From: Candidatus Yanofskybacteria bacterium RIFCSPLOWO2_01_FULL_39_28
GTDB lineage: Bacteria; Patescibacteriota; Minisyncoccia; 2-02-FULL-40-12; GWA2-44-9
DNA length: 64,000 bases
Assembly (NCBI GenBank): GCA_001794635.1
Contig: MGKE01000007.1
Coordinates: 8,774 to 72,773, forward strand
Reading direction: 5' to 3'
The position numbers were made by a program, and so were the translations under genes. The first letter of the stretch is position 1. Every line of letters begins with the position of its first letter. This document shows positions 1-9,323 of the stretch, piece after piece. The notes beneath the pieces were generated by a model. The model ran no database searches. It worked only from the letters and a program-made list of their open reading frames with translations, and was not told where the DNA came from.

Positions 1-1
1 A

Positions 2-829
2 GCAAGCGGAATCGTGCTTTTGAAGGCATATGCTGACTACTACCATGGTTATAAAGATGGCGATAAGGAAGTTCGAGGATATGAAAGCCTAGTAAAAGAA
101 CTGTTAGAAAAATTCCCCGCAAGTGAAAGAATTATAGGAGAACAAAATCAAAAAGATTTTATAAAATTATATGGAGCAATTTTACGTGTGCGAAATATCC
201 TTATAACTTTTGATGAATTTGCTGGTAACGAAATCCTAACCGAACGAGATGTGCAGGATTATCACAGCATGTACATTGATATCTATAATGAATTCCGTAA
301 AGGCATAGAAGAAAAAAAAGAAAACATCAACGACGATGTAGTGTTTGAAATGGAACTTATCAAACAGATAGAGATAAATATTGACTATGTGCTCGGTCTT
401 ATCAAGAGATACCACGAAGACCATATTAAGAATCGGGAACTGTTACTTGATATTAACAAAGCGATAGATTCCAGCGTCGAGTTACGCAACAAAAAGGATC
501 TTATTAACCAATTCATTACATCTCTCGATGTTAAAGCAGCAGTTGATGAAGACTGGCAGAAATTTGTTGAAGAAAAGAAAATCGAAGAATTAGAGAAGAT
601 TATTACCGCCGAAAACCTTGATCATGATGCTACTTATGCATTTATTAAAAACGCATTTAGGGATGGGGCGGTTGCAATAACCGGCACAGCAATTTCAAGG
701 GTGTTGCCACCAGTATCTCGGTTTTCTCCAACTGGTGAACGGACCCAAAAACGAGAAGGTGTCCTGAATAAACTCACAAGTTTTTTTGAGAGATTCTTTG
801 ATATTTCTGGGGGTAAGTTTTTAGAATAA
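2..829 (+). CDS. hsdR: Type I restriction enzyme R subunit (HsdR), C-terminal fragment; 5' end lies outside the window
   Basis: The frame is open to the window edge. The helical C-terminal region (AILRVRNILITFDEF, DLINQFITSL, AFIKNAFRDG) matches my recollection of the conserved HsdR C-terminal domain. No helicase motifs fall inside the window. Confidence 0.55.
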   Translation, partial: ASGIVLLKAYADYYHGYKDGDKEVRGYESLVKELLEKFPASERIIGEQNQKDFIKLYGAILRVRNILITFDEFAGNEILTERDVQDYHSMYIDIYNEFRKGIEEKKENINDDVVFEMELIKQIEINIDYVLGLIKRYHEDHIKNRELLLDINKAIDSSVELRNKKDLINQFITSLDVKAAVDEDWQKFVEEKKIEELEKIITAENLDHDATYAFIKNAFRDGAVAITGTAISRVLPPVSRFSPTGERTQKREGVLNKLTSFFERFFDISGGKFLE

Positions 830-836
830 AATAACT

Positions 837-2396
837 ATGAAATCAATAATACTCGCAAGAGTTTCGACACAAGAGCAAATGGATGGGCAATCAATACCTG
901 CCCAGCTTGAGCGGTCCAGAGAATACCGGAAGCGTAAGGGGCTAGAACCGTGGAAAGAGTTTCAGTTTGATGAATCATCTATTAAGGACCATAGGAAAAA
1001 ATTTGAAGAAATTATCGATCTTATTAAAAGCTCAAGAGAGCGTGTTGCTTTTATCGTGGAAACAATTGATCGAATGCAACGCAGTTTCAAGGAATCGGTC
1101 TTATTGCTTGATATAATTAAGGCCGACAAAGTCGAAGTTCACTTTATTCGAGAAAACTTAATTATTGATAAGGATTCAAATAGTTCAGAGCTTTTGCGAT
1201 GGGATATGGGCGTAATGTTTGCTCGGGGCTTTGTGCTACAAATTAGTGATAATGTAAAAAGAACATTTAGGCAAAAACTGGCTAATGGAGAAGCGATAGG
1301 ACAACCTAAACTAGGATATATTTCAGCTATCAAGGATGGCAAGAAGTTTCATATACCCGATCCGGAAAAAGCACACTTTATACCAGCTATTTTTGAGCTC
1401 TATCTGCAAGGATGGTCTTTCAGGGCTATTGCTGATGAAATGTATAAAAGAGGCCTAAGAAGCAGGAATAATAAAAAGGTTTCTCAAAGCAATATTCAAA
1501 AAGTTATCAAAGACCCATTTTATTGCGGTATTATAATATCAAAGGGCAAAGAGTACCCTCATCATTACGAAAAATTGATTTCATTTGAAAAATATAGCAA
1601 GGCACAGAATTTGATGACTCGTAAAAGCAACCTTTCAACAAAGACCCGCCACAAGGTATTCGCCTTAAGTCGGCTGGTCCATTGTAAAAATTGCCACGGC
1701 CTCATATCGGCAGAACCAAAAAGGGGGCACCTCGTGTATTATAGCTGTTCTAACTATAAGAATATGTGCAAACGTCTTTATATTCGCGAGGAAGTTATGC
1801 TCAAGCCGGTCCTAAAAGCCCTGAAATCAATCCAGTTGCCACAGGAAAGAATGGATATGCTAGTAAACAGCTTAAAGCGCACCCATGAGGCAAAAAGGGC
1901 CTATCAGGAAGAAGCCACAAGCGAATTACGACAACGATACGATAAAATTCAAGCAATGAATGACCGGTTAATAGACATGCTTGCAGATGGGCGTATTACT
2001 GACGATGTATATGACAAGAAATTAAAACAATATAAAGAAGATCAAAGATCAATTGAGCTTCAATTACAAGAATATACAGATGCCGATGAGCAGTATCATA
2101 TCACGGCAAAAACAATACTATCACTAGCACAAAGGGCTTTAGAAATATTCAACCGTTCTGAAGTAACCGAAAAACAGCAATTTTTAGGGTATTTTCTTCA
2201 GAACGCTCAACTGAATGGAAGTAACCTAGAGTTTACCTTGAGAAACCCATTTAATTTGCTTGCAGAATATGCAAGCCGTCCTAACTGGCTCCCAGAACAT
2301 GACATTATTATAACCATTTTATCAGACCAAGAATACATGACCAATCTTTGGAATAAGCTCTGCTATATTAAGGAGGTGGCGAGAGTTGGAGACTAA
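837..2396 (+). CDS. Large serine recombinase (resolvase catalytic domain + recombinase domain + zinc ribbon + coiled coil)
   Basis: N-terminus IILARVSTQEQ (catalytic Ser motif), Cys cluster CKNCHG..YYSCSNYKNMC, long helical C-terminus. Starts 8 nt after the hsdR stop. Confidence 0.85.
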   Translation: MKSIILARVSTQEQMDGQSIPAQLERSREYRKRKGLEPWKEFQFDESSIKDHRKKFEEIIDLIKSSRERVAFIVETIDRMQRSFKESVLLLDIIKADKVEVHFIRENLIIDKDSNSSELLRWDMGVMFARGFVLQISDNVKRTFRQKLANGEAIGQPKLGYISAIKDGKKFHIPDPEKAHFIPAIFELYLQGWSFRAIADEMYKRGLRSRNNKKVSQSNIQKVIKDPFYCGIIISKGKEYPHHYEKLISFEKYSKAQNLMTRKSNLSTKTRHKVFALSRLVHCKNCHGLISAEPKRGHLVYYSCSNYKNMCKRLYIREEVMLKPVLKALKSIQLPQERMDMLVNSLKRTHEAKRAYQEEATSELRQRYDKIQAMNDRLIDMLADGRITDDVYDKKLKQYKEDQRSIELQLQEYTDADEQYHITAKTILSLAQRALEIFNRSEVTEKQQFLGYFLQNAQLNGSNLEFTLRNPFNLLAEYASRPNWLPEHDIIITILSDQEYMTNLWNKLCYIKEVARVGD

Positions 2397-2854
2397 TCTT
2401 GGTATTCAGCATAAGCATCGTGAGCCAATTTGTCGGCCCTTTTACCTAACACCGAATCTCTGGAATGATGAATATATGTTACGCCATCTTTGAATCTTTG
2501 CTCATATTTTTTTGCTTCATCAAATAGTGGTTTTATGTGGTCCTTTTTTATTCTATACTCCCCGTTCATCCACCTAACTACTAACTGGCTATCCATTCTT
2601 ACCTCAACATTGTATCTAGCAACGGCAACTGCTTTATCAAGAGCAAAAACCAATGCCCTAAATTCTGCTTCAGGAACAGTCATTTCTCCTAGATACTTTT
2701 TAAAATGACACTCTTCTCCTTTATAGTCTATTATTAAAACCCCACAAGCAGATTTGCCTTTGGATAACCTGTTTTTTAGATGTGCGTCTTTAATCCTACA
2801 ACAAGCATCAACTATAATCTTAGTCTTATTCATAATGACAAGATTATAGAACAA
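2393..2854 (-). CDS. RNase H type 1-like protein
   Basis: Acidic catalytic residues appear in the expected order: IIVDAC, EAEFRAL, MDSQLVV, ADKLAHDA. The true start is probably Met8 (2833), since a TATAAT lies just upstream. Convergent with the recombinase, with a 4-nt overlap at its stop. Confidence 0.75.
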   Translation of the reverse strand: MFYNLVIMNKTKIIVDACCRIKDAHLKNRLSKGKSACGVLIIDYKGEECHFKKYLGEMTVPEAEFRALVFALDKAVAVARYNVEVRMDSQLVVRWMNGEYRIKKDHIKPLFDEAKKYEQRFKDGVTYIHHSRDSVLGKRADKLAHDAYAEYQD

Positions 2855-2912
2855 TGTAGCTTTTTATCAAGACTTTTTTTATTATATTAATAGCCTATAG
2901 TATATATCATCT

Positions 2913-4619
2913 ATGAATAAGTATTCGAAAGTAACAACTTCAGGCTCAAACAACTTTGATGTTATAGTAATTAATACTATTTTTACTGTTTCCTACTTCT
3001 CATCAAAAGATGGCATAAAGACTTCCTCTAAAGACAAAGCGGATTACTTATCAAGCGTAGAGGAAGAAATAAAAAAATGCTCTGCTAAATTAAAAGATGG
3101 TGGTTTTATGTTTATATATGGCTTACCTGCCTGGCTACCCGAATATTTTAATCTCATAAGAAAAGACTTTACATTTAGATACTGGATTGCGATTGATGGT
3201 GGCCATAAAGATACATCAATAAAAAACAATATCCCCAAGAGTCACGTAGGCCTACTAATGCTATCAAAAGGAAATAAATATGGCCCATTAAATACCAAGC
3301 AGGAAAAGATTAGCTATTCGGCTTGCTTGCATTGTAGAAATAATCTTAAAGATTGGGGTGGAAAGAAACACTTGATGAACAAAAATGGAACAGCAATATC
3401 AGATGTATGGAAAGATTTTTATCATAAGAATGGCCATATTGTTGATTCTATCGGGATTAATCTCGAGTTGGTAGATTTTGATAAAACATCGATAAAAATT
3501 GACGGCAAGATAATCCCTCCTCAGATATTAGATAGGATATATAACTTAACCAATAGGATTGGCTATAGATTTGGACTCCACAATATAATCGTCCCACCTC
3601 CAAAGAGTGTTTTTAAAACACCGCCAAGTGTTGACACAAAAACCAGAGCTGCAGATTTAGACAAAGTAGTTATGGCGAATTGTATAGAAGAAATGAAAAG
3701 GCTATATAAAAGATATCCAAATGGTTGTTTTGATATTTTCTTTGCAGACCCTCCCTATAATTTAGATAAGAAATACGACAAGTATAAGGATACGAACAAT
3801 GAGACTGAATATATAAACTGGTCAAATGAATGGCTAGATTTAGGGATTAAACTCTTAAAACCGGGCGGGTCATTATTTTCCCTTAATATCCCGGAGTGGT
3901 CTCTTCATCAAGCAATTTATCTAAATGATATCGCATATTTTCAAAATTGGATTGTCTGGGATTCTATGTCAGTTCCTTTGGGCAAGATAATGCCTGCCCA
4001 TTATTCTTTATTGCACTATTCTCAAACTCCGAATGTTAAATTCTGCGGCCATAAATGGATTGATAATCCTGGTTATTGCCTAAGAGCTTCATGTATTAAA
4101 GCAAGGACGGTTTTGGGTGATGATAAGAAAGTAGTACTTGCTGATATATGGTCTGACGTTCACAGAATAAAACATAAGAAAAATAGAGATTACCATCCAT
4201 GTCAATTGCCTCATAAATTAATGGAGAGGATTATTAGCCTATTTTCAAAAGAGGGAGATTTAATATTCGACCCATTCGCCGGAGCAGGAACAACTGCTAT
4301 CGTAGCAAAGAAGCTAAATCGCCATTATTATACAACCGAAATTTCTGCGGACTATATAAATATAACAAACCGTAGATTGAAAGAAGTAGGTGAATATGGA
4401 GATATAGTTCTGCGCTCAGTTAAACACGACAACAATGGACTAACAAAAAAGAGCGTAGAATTAGTCGTACAAAAATTAGCATTAGAGCTAAGTAGGAAAC
4501 CCACCCTAGAAGAGTTGTTAAATAAAGGTAAGTTCAAGAGGACCGATTTAACAAAACTGTATGGAGATGAAAATAGGGCCTTAAAAGTAGCTAGAGTTGC
4601 TCTTACAAATAGTAATTAA
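2913..4619 (+). CDS. DNA methyltransferase, beta-class N6A/N4C family, with a degenerate N-terminal copy of its own core
   Basis: FFADPPYNL (motif IV) precedes FDPFAGAGTT (motif I). Residues ~60-190 echo ~300-420 (GGFMFIYGLPAW/GGSLFSLNIPEW, FRYWIAID/FQNWIVWD, SHVGLLML/AHYSLLHY, SDVWKDF/ADIWSDV) but lack both DPPY and FxGxG. Confidence 0.85.
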   Translation: MNKYSKVTTSGSNNFDVIVINTIFTVSYFSSKDGIKTSSKDKADYLSSVEEEIKKCSAKLKDGGFMFIYGLPAWLPEYFNLIRKDFTFRYWIAIDGGHKDTSIKNNIPKSHVGLLMLSKGNKYGPLNTKQEKISYSACLHCRNNLKDWGGKKHLMNKNGTAISDVWKDFYHKNGHIVDSIGINLELVDFDKTSIKIDGKIIPPQILDRIYNLTNRIGYRFGLHNIIVPPPKSVFKTPPSVDTKTRAADLDKVVMANCIEEMKRLYKRYPNGCFDIFFADPPYNLDKKYDKYKDTNNETEYINWSNEWLDLGIKLLKPGGSLFSLNIPEWSLHQAIYLNDIAYFQNWIVWDSMSVPLGKIMPAHYSLLHYSQTPNVKFCGHKWIDNPGYCLRASCIKARTVLGDDKKVVLADIWSDVHRIKHKKNRDYHPCQLPHKLMERIISLFSKEGDLIFDPFAGAGTTAIVAKKLNRHYYTTEISADYINITNRRLKEVGEYGDIVLRSVKHDNNGLTKKSVELVVQKLALELSRKPTLEELLNKGKFKRTDLTKLYGDENRALKVARVALTNSN

Positions 4620-5589
4620 ATATCTCCTTAAGTAGCTCTAGGTTTTTGTAATTGACGGCATAATCACAAGAGTTCACAAACCTGCCAACATCATTTTTGC
4701 CCCTAGCCATCCAGCCCGCTCCATCAATAAAATTAATAAATAGCACATCTTTTTTATTGGCCGCATTGTATCTCTTTATCGCAGAGAATAACGCATCGTT
4801 GGCGTCTCCTTTTTTAGTTTGACCAGAGGCAGTGGTTTTTGTATAGCTGCTTTCAATCAATATTTTCGGGTCTTTTTTATTAGGAATTATTAAATCTATC
4901 TTCGGGTTTCTTTCAGCTCCTGTGGTTGTTCTCTGGTAGTAACTTTCTAAAAGTTCTAGAGAACCCACTTCATATTTACCGTCTGGCACAAGTTTGCCTA
5001 TAATCTCTCTTTCTACAAATGTTCCTACCTTTTGACTAAATCTGCCTGAATATTTATCTTCCAACATAAGCCTCAATTTTGAAGTGTCTTTTTTAAGCGA
5101 GGATAAATTATTTATTACAAAACGTCTAAGGATTATCGGCTCATCAGCAAGTATTTCCATTAATAGTTTATCTTTGTGACCGCTTGTAAATATCCGAGAG
5201 AAAACTTTTATTAATTCCGGGTCTTCATTTATGCTTTCGAGATCGGCAACAGAAAGACCATATTTTTCATTAATAGCCGGAAGAATATAATTTTTTATCT
5301 TTTCATTTGATATGCCCGTGACCGCAAGGATTATAGCCCATCCAATATTTTCTTCTTTTGCTCCTTCGTTCATCATCAGGTCATATTCAGGCCGTCTCTT
5401 TATCGTTAAATCTATTACCTTTTTGAAATTATTTTCTGGGTTATCATCAAACTCTAATTTAGAAAAATCCTCTATAATGCTTTTAATAAAATTATCAAAT
5501 TGAGACGCCAAATCGGGCATTGGTATTGCCGGAGAAAGGGATTGATAGAATTCACCTAGAGATAGTCTCTGTGGTTTATTGTCGGTCAT
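4603..5589 (-). CDS. Putative type II restriction endonuclease (DpnII/MboI-like C-terminal core)
   Basis: Convergent with the methyltransferase and overlapping it by 17 nt. KIDLIIP..ILIESSYTKTTASGQ..FINFIDGAGW resembles, from memory, DpnII RFDFVI..LYLIEVNFYSGSGS..MWITDGQGW. Confidence 0.45.
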   Translation of the reverse strand: MTDNKPQRLSLGEFYQSLSPAIPMPDLASQFDNFIKSIIEDFSKLEFDDNPENNFKKVIDLTIKRRPEYDLMMNEGAKEENIGWAIILAVTGISNEKIKNYILPAINEKYGLSVADLESINEDPELIKVFSRIFTSGHKDKLLMEILADEPIILRRFVINNLSSLKKDTSKLRLMLEDKYSGRFSQKVGTFVEREIIGKLVPDGKYEVGSLELLESYYQRTTTGAERNPKIDLIIPNKKDPKILIESSYTKTTASGQTKKGDANDALFSAIKRYNAANKKDVLFINFIDGAGWMARGKNDVGRFVNSCDYAVNYKNLELLKEIFNYYL

Positions 5590-5624
5590 TTTAACCGAAC
5601 TTTAGCAGAATTAGCCGTGATTTG

Positions 5625-5652
5625 CAAAACAAAAAAGCAGGTTGTGCCTGCT
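5625..5652 (-). terminator. Intrinsic terminator after the 543-aa gene
   Basis: Stem AGCAGG/CCTGCT with a 5-nt loop, followed on the minus strand by TTTTTTGTTTTG. Confidence 0.65.
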
Positions 5653-5733
5653 CTTTGTTTTCAGAGATATTTTGTTATTAACTAATCAAAATATTCTTCC
5701 TGGTTTTATTTTAGGAAAGTCATGCGTAAGTTT

Positions 5734-7365
5734 TTAATTACTCTTTATTATTTCAATTTTTTTAACCCAAGTTTCAACATATCCTCCGTCATTATAGATA
5801 AATTCGTCTCCGTCTTTTTCTTCACACATAACATTATCAACCGTAGCCGTTACTTCAAATATAGTATTTCTATCTCTATCGTTGTCGCCTATATTCCCGA
5901 ATACATCAAAAATATATTTAACCCAGCTAGAGTCCCATTCCTCACCCCATTTTCGCAAACCTTCCTCATCATTAGAAAAATCTTCTTTTGAGCGAGGGTC
6001 ATCGGCGCTAGCCAGGAATGTTCCCCAGAAATGACCGTGTTTCTCGTGCGATCCAACAGGATGTTCCTTATCAATCACCCAAAACCTGATACCGCTCGTG
6101 TGAGCGTTGGGAGAAACCACCGCATTCCATGTTATCTCTTTGTCTCTGTATAAACTCCCGATATTACACCAAGTGAAAACAACATCGTTAAAAGTAGGAT
6201 TTACCTTGATTACGCCGAGAAGATTTAAAAGATGTTGAACTTCGGACAGATTATTAAACCACTCCAAGTCCTGTTTTACTTTTTCGTCTATATTTTCGTT
6301 GAATTCTAAAATCAAAATCTCGGCAAGCGCTTGTTTCTTGCCAACGTCAGATCCAGCGGCAACTTTGGCAAGTGGCTGATAAAACTCCTTTAAAAAATCG
6401 GCGTACATACAAAAAAGCCAGGAATTGTGGTTGCACTCATTTCTTTCTTGTGTAAATAACGGAGCGTTAATGCCATTGATATTCGACAACCTGAAATCGG
6501 AATTTCCCGAGATGTACGTAAAATTACTCGCCGCAGAGTCCCATTGGTAACGCATGGATACCTTGTCTGATATAAGTTCTTCGTCCCCAAATTCGTATAA
6601 ACGTCTGAAGTCAAAATCTATATAAGAATTTCCGTCAATGTTCTTAAAAGATTTTTCAACCGAGAAACTGCTTCCTAACCACCCAGAGTCATTAAAGATT
6701 CCCCAGCCAGAGCCAAAACCGCCGATTGAAGGATATTCAAGGACTTTTTTTAATTCTAGTCTGTCTTTTTCTATCCAATACCAAGTGTCTACGTATTCAC
6801 TCATATCAGAACCACTATTGCCGAGTTTTGTTGAAACAAACCACTGATTATTCAATTTATCTGAAACAATTTCATAACTTGGACCGTGTCTTTTACCGTT
6901 GCTAACAATGAGGTCAGCCAAGAATTCATCATTATAAAAAAAGTAGTAATTTGACGTACTCATTACGCCCATTATGGCGGCAAGGTTTACGTCGTTTACT
7001 TTCTTATATTCTATTATCGCATCAAATTCAGAATTAGGATTTCTTATGTCATTCCAAACATAGACGACATTTATATAATCTCCTATCTTTTCGGCGCTTT
7101 TACAGATAACAAATGCCTCAAGCGGTTCTTTCGGCCAGTTATCTAACGCTTCATTGGGATATTTGTATTCATTACAAAACTTCTTTCCCGCTTCACGATG
7201 CTGGGCGTACTCTTTATCCCAATCAACTTTCTCCGACTCATTGTCATCCAGCGACCACTCCTCATTTAATGGAGCGCTGTTTGTTCTAAATAAAAACAGG
7301 TTAATTAAAACCAAAAGCCCCATTACTAATACCACAATCCAATTTTGTTTTAGAAAATTTAACAT
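5734..7365 (-). CDS. Hypothetical membrane-anchored protein (543 aa)
   Basis: Long ORF with an N-terminal hydrophobic helix (WIVVLVMGLLVLINLFLF) and a Trp/Asp/Asn-rich remainder. I recognise no family. Confidence 0.8.
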   Translation of the reverse strand: MLNFLKQNWIVVLVMGLLVLINLFLFRTNSAPLNEEWSLDDNESEKVDWDKEYAQHREAGKKFCNEYKYPNEALDNWPKEPLEAFVICKSAEKIGDYINVVYVWNDIRNPNSEFDAIIEYKKVNDVNLAAIMGVMSTSNYYFFYNDEFLADLIVSNGKRHGPSYEIVSDKLNNQWFVSTKLGNSGSDMSEYVDTWYWIEKDRLELKKVLEYPSIGGFGSGWGIFNDSGWLGSSFSVEKSFKNIDGNSYIDFDFRRLYEFGDEELISDKVSMRYQWDSAASNFTYISGNSDFRLSNINGINAPLFTQERNECNHNSWLFCMYADFLKEFYQPLAKVAAGSDVGKKQALAEILILEFNENIDEKVKQDLEWFNNLSEVQHLLNLLGVIKVNPTFNDVVFTWCNIGSLYRDKEITWNAVVSPNAHTSGIRFWVIDKEHPVGSHEKHGHFWGTFLASADDPRSKEDFSNDEEGLRKWGEEWDSSWVKYIFDVFGNIGDNDRDRNTIFEVTATVDNVMCEEKDGDEFIYNDGGYVETWVKKIEIIKSN

Positions 7366-7405
7366 TTAACAATCAGGTTCAATCATAATATAACGATAGA
7401 CCGTT

Positions 7406-7516
7406 TTATTGCCAAAAAAATATTTTTAGCTCATAGGCAACTCCAACTACTAGAACTAAAATGGCCCCCAACATAAAACCTATTATTAAAAGTGCTTTTC
7501 TCGTTTCATCGTCCAT
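7406..7516 (-). CDS. Possible 36-aa single-pass membrane peptide
   Basis: ATG..TAA ORF below the track threshold: MDDETRKALLIIGFMLGAILVLVVGVAYELKIFFWQ. It sits between two co-oriented genes. Confidence 0.25.
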   Translation of the reverse strand: MDDETRKALLIIGFMLGAILVLVVGVAYELKIFFWQ

Positions 7517-7522
7517 ATTTTT

Positions 7523-7984
7523 TTACTTTTTCTTTGCTGTTTCAAATATGTTGTCAATTCGCCCAACAACCGCCTCACTACAGTGTATGTCGCTATCTTT
7601 GGATTCATAGGCCGTTATACCTCTTAAACGAAGAGCATGTTGAGCTTTATCAATCCATTCTTCCAAAGGTTGACTTAATGAGCAACCACCAGAGCCACAA
7701 TAACTTGCCAGAAGATATCCTATATTTGTACATATTTGCTCGTCATTTAGTTCTTCGGGTTCGCTGGAGAGAATTTTTCTATCCTCCATCTCAAAGAGTC
7801 GTGCCCGTTTTTCGCCCATGTCATCAAAGATAATGTCACCAGATACATACTCAGCATTACTAACAGGAGCAGAAGGTGTTTTGGAATTATCAACAAAAAG
7901 AAAAATATTCACCCCTATTAAGATAAAGATAAAAACAAAAACCGTTTTATTTACGTGTTTTAACTTATTGAAAATTAGTTTCAT
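7523..7984 (-). CDS. Hypothetical membrane-anchored/secreted protein (153 aa)
   Basis: N-terminal hydrophobic segment VFVFIFILIGVNIFLF. Overlaps the TerS-like gene by 20 nt, suggesting translational coupling. Confidence 0.7.
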   Translation of the reverse strand: MKLIFNKLKHVNKTVFVFIFILIGVNIFLFVDNSKTPSAPVSNAEYVSGDIIFDDMGEKRARLFEMEDRKILSSEPEELNDEQICTNIGYLLASYCGSGGCSLSQPLEEWIDKAQHALRLRGITAYESKDSDIHCSEAVVGRIDNIFETAKKK

Positions 7985-8390
7985 TTGATTTTTCTAATTT
8001 TTTCTCGTTTTCAACTCGGTCATATAGTTCCCCCAAGTCAAAAGGTTTTCCTGTTATGCTAACATCGGACTCATTCTTGTCTTTCCAGCTATAATTATTT
8101 TTAAGATTAAATATTGCACCAGCCACATGCTTACCTGAAAACAAGAATTCTTCTGCATATCTTTCACAAAGTGCTTTGGCTCTTTTTATGGTGCCAAAAA
8201 ATTCTTCGTCTTTTGAGTAGTTTAAAAGTGTCTGTCTGTTTACGCCAAGGCCTACTGCCAAACCACTCATGGTTAATGGTTTACCACTTTTTTCGCATCC
8301 ATCAAAATATTCCGAGATTGCCCTTTCTAACGCCTCGCTAGTTTTAAACTTTAATGGTCTGCCGACTTTGTTGTTTGGCACATTGTCCAT
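7965..8390 (-). CDS. Phage terminase small subunit-like (TerS) DNA-binding protein
   Basis: GRPLKFKT..LTMSGLAVGLGVNRQTLLNY..FFGTIKRAKALCERYAEE..GAIFNLKNNYSWKDK is the typical N-terminal HTH plus FxLKNxxxWKDK pattern of small terminase proteins. No TerL gene is adjacent. Confidence 0.7.
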   Translation of the reverse strand: MDNVPNNKVGRPLKFKTSEALERAISEYFDGCEKSGKPLTMSGLAVGLGVNRQTLLNYSKDEEFFGTIKRAKALCERYAEEFLFSGKHVAGAIFNLKNNYSWKDKNESDVSITGKPFDLGELYDRVENEKKLEKSNETNFQ

Positions 8391-8545
8391 AAGTTAATTA
8401 TAAGTGCCATTCAAAAGATTAAAACCAATGGCAAGACATAACCTTTAAATGTCTAACAACAAAGTTCCATCACTGTTTTTAAAATACCTGTTTTTGCCGT
8501 CTAACCTAGGCGAGCTTAAGAGGTAGTCCCCGAAGTGGTAACAAA

Positions 8546-9118
8546 TTACCTTTTGGACGTATTCTTATAAATTTCAACCACTTCTGATAATCCACTTTCG
8601 CCCTCGGTCCAATCCATAGCCCAGAGGGACCTATCAAATTCTCTCAACGAGGAGCAGTACTTCTTCCAAACACCTTTGCAGATATCTACATAATTGAAAT
8701 AATCTTCTGGTTTAAAATTTTCAGCTTTTGAAGGTAATTTTCTTTCCGCACATTTTTGCTTCTCTAGTTCCATTAAAGAATTTAAGGCCCTATAATCTAA
8801 AACCGTAAATTCTTCTGGATAGCAGACAGTTAAAATAGCCGAAGCAATGGCAATACCTACTCCTTTTATACCCAATAATTTCTTCAGTTTTTCCATTCTG
8901 TCTGTAGCCAGCCACAATTCCTTACTAAGTTCTTCTATGGATTGACCGTTCCATTTTGAAGCAATTTTTATACCAGAGGGCTTTCTTTTCCAAAAGACAA
9001 TGGCAAAAAACTCATTCCCTGTTAGACAGTGGTTTCTTTGAAAATTATTATAAACTTCTTTAAATAAATAACTTTCTAATTCGGAGGGGTAATATTTTAG
9101 ATAGTCCCGCAGTTCCAT
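8546..9118 (-). CDS. Hypothetical protein with a helix-hairpin-helix-like segment
   Basis: LLGIKGVGIAIASAILTVCYPEEFTVLDYR resembles an HhH/glycosylase-like motif. I place the start at MELRDYL (9118); the upstream 47 codons of the track ORF run through a GC-rich structured intergenic region. Confidence 0.6.
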   Translation of the reverse strand: MELRDYLKYYPSELESYLFKEVYNNFQRNHCLTGNEFFAIVFWKRKPSGIKIASKWNGQSIEELSKELWLATDRMEKLKKLLGIKGVGIAIASAILTVCYPEEFTVLDYRALNSLMELEKQKCAERKLPSKAENFKPEDYFNYVDICKGVWKKYCSSLREFDRSLWAMDWTEGESGLSEVVEIYKNTSKR

Positions 9119-9323
9119 AAAGCAATGCAGGGAATGTGTAAAAACACAAAGCCCGCTACTAGGAAGAGGTCTTACGACCATCTCTGCCAAAGTTTCCCCT
9201 GGCAACGCGATGAACGCCCTAATAACGGGGTCTCTATGTTCATCGCGATTACTGACCATGCCCTGCAGAATCTGCCGAGTTTAGGCCTTTATTTATTATT
9301 AAATTGTGGTTTAATTCTACTAC

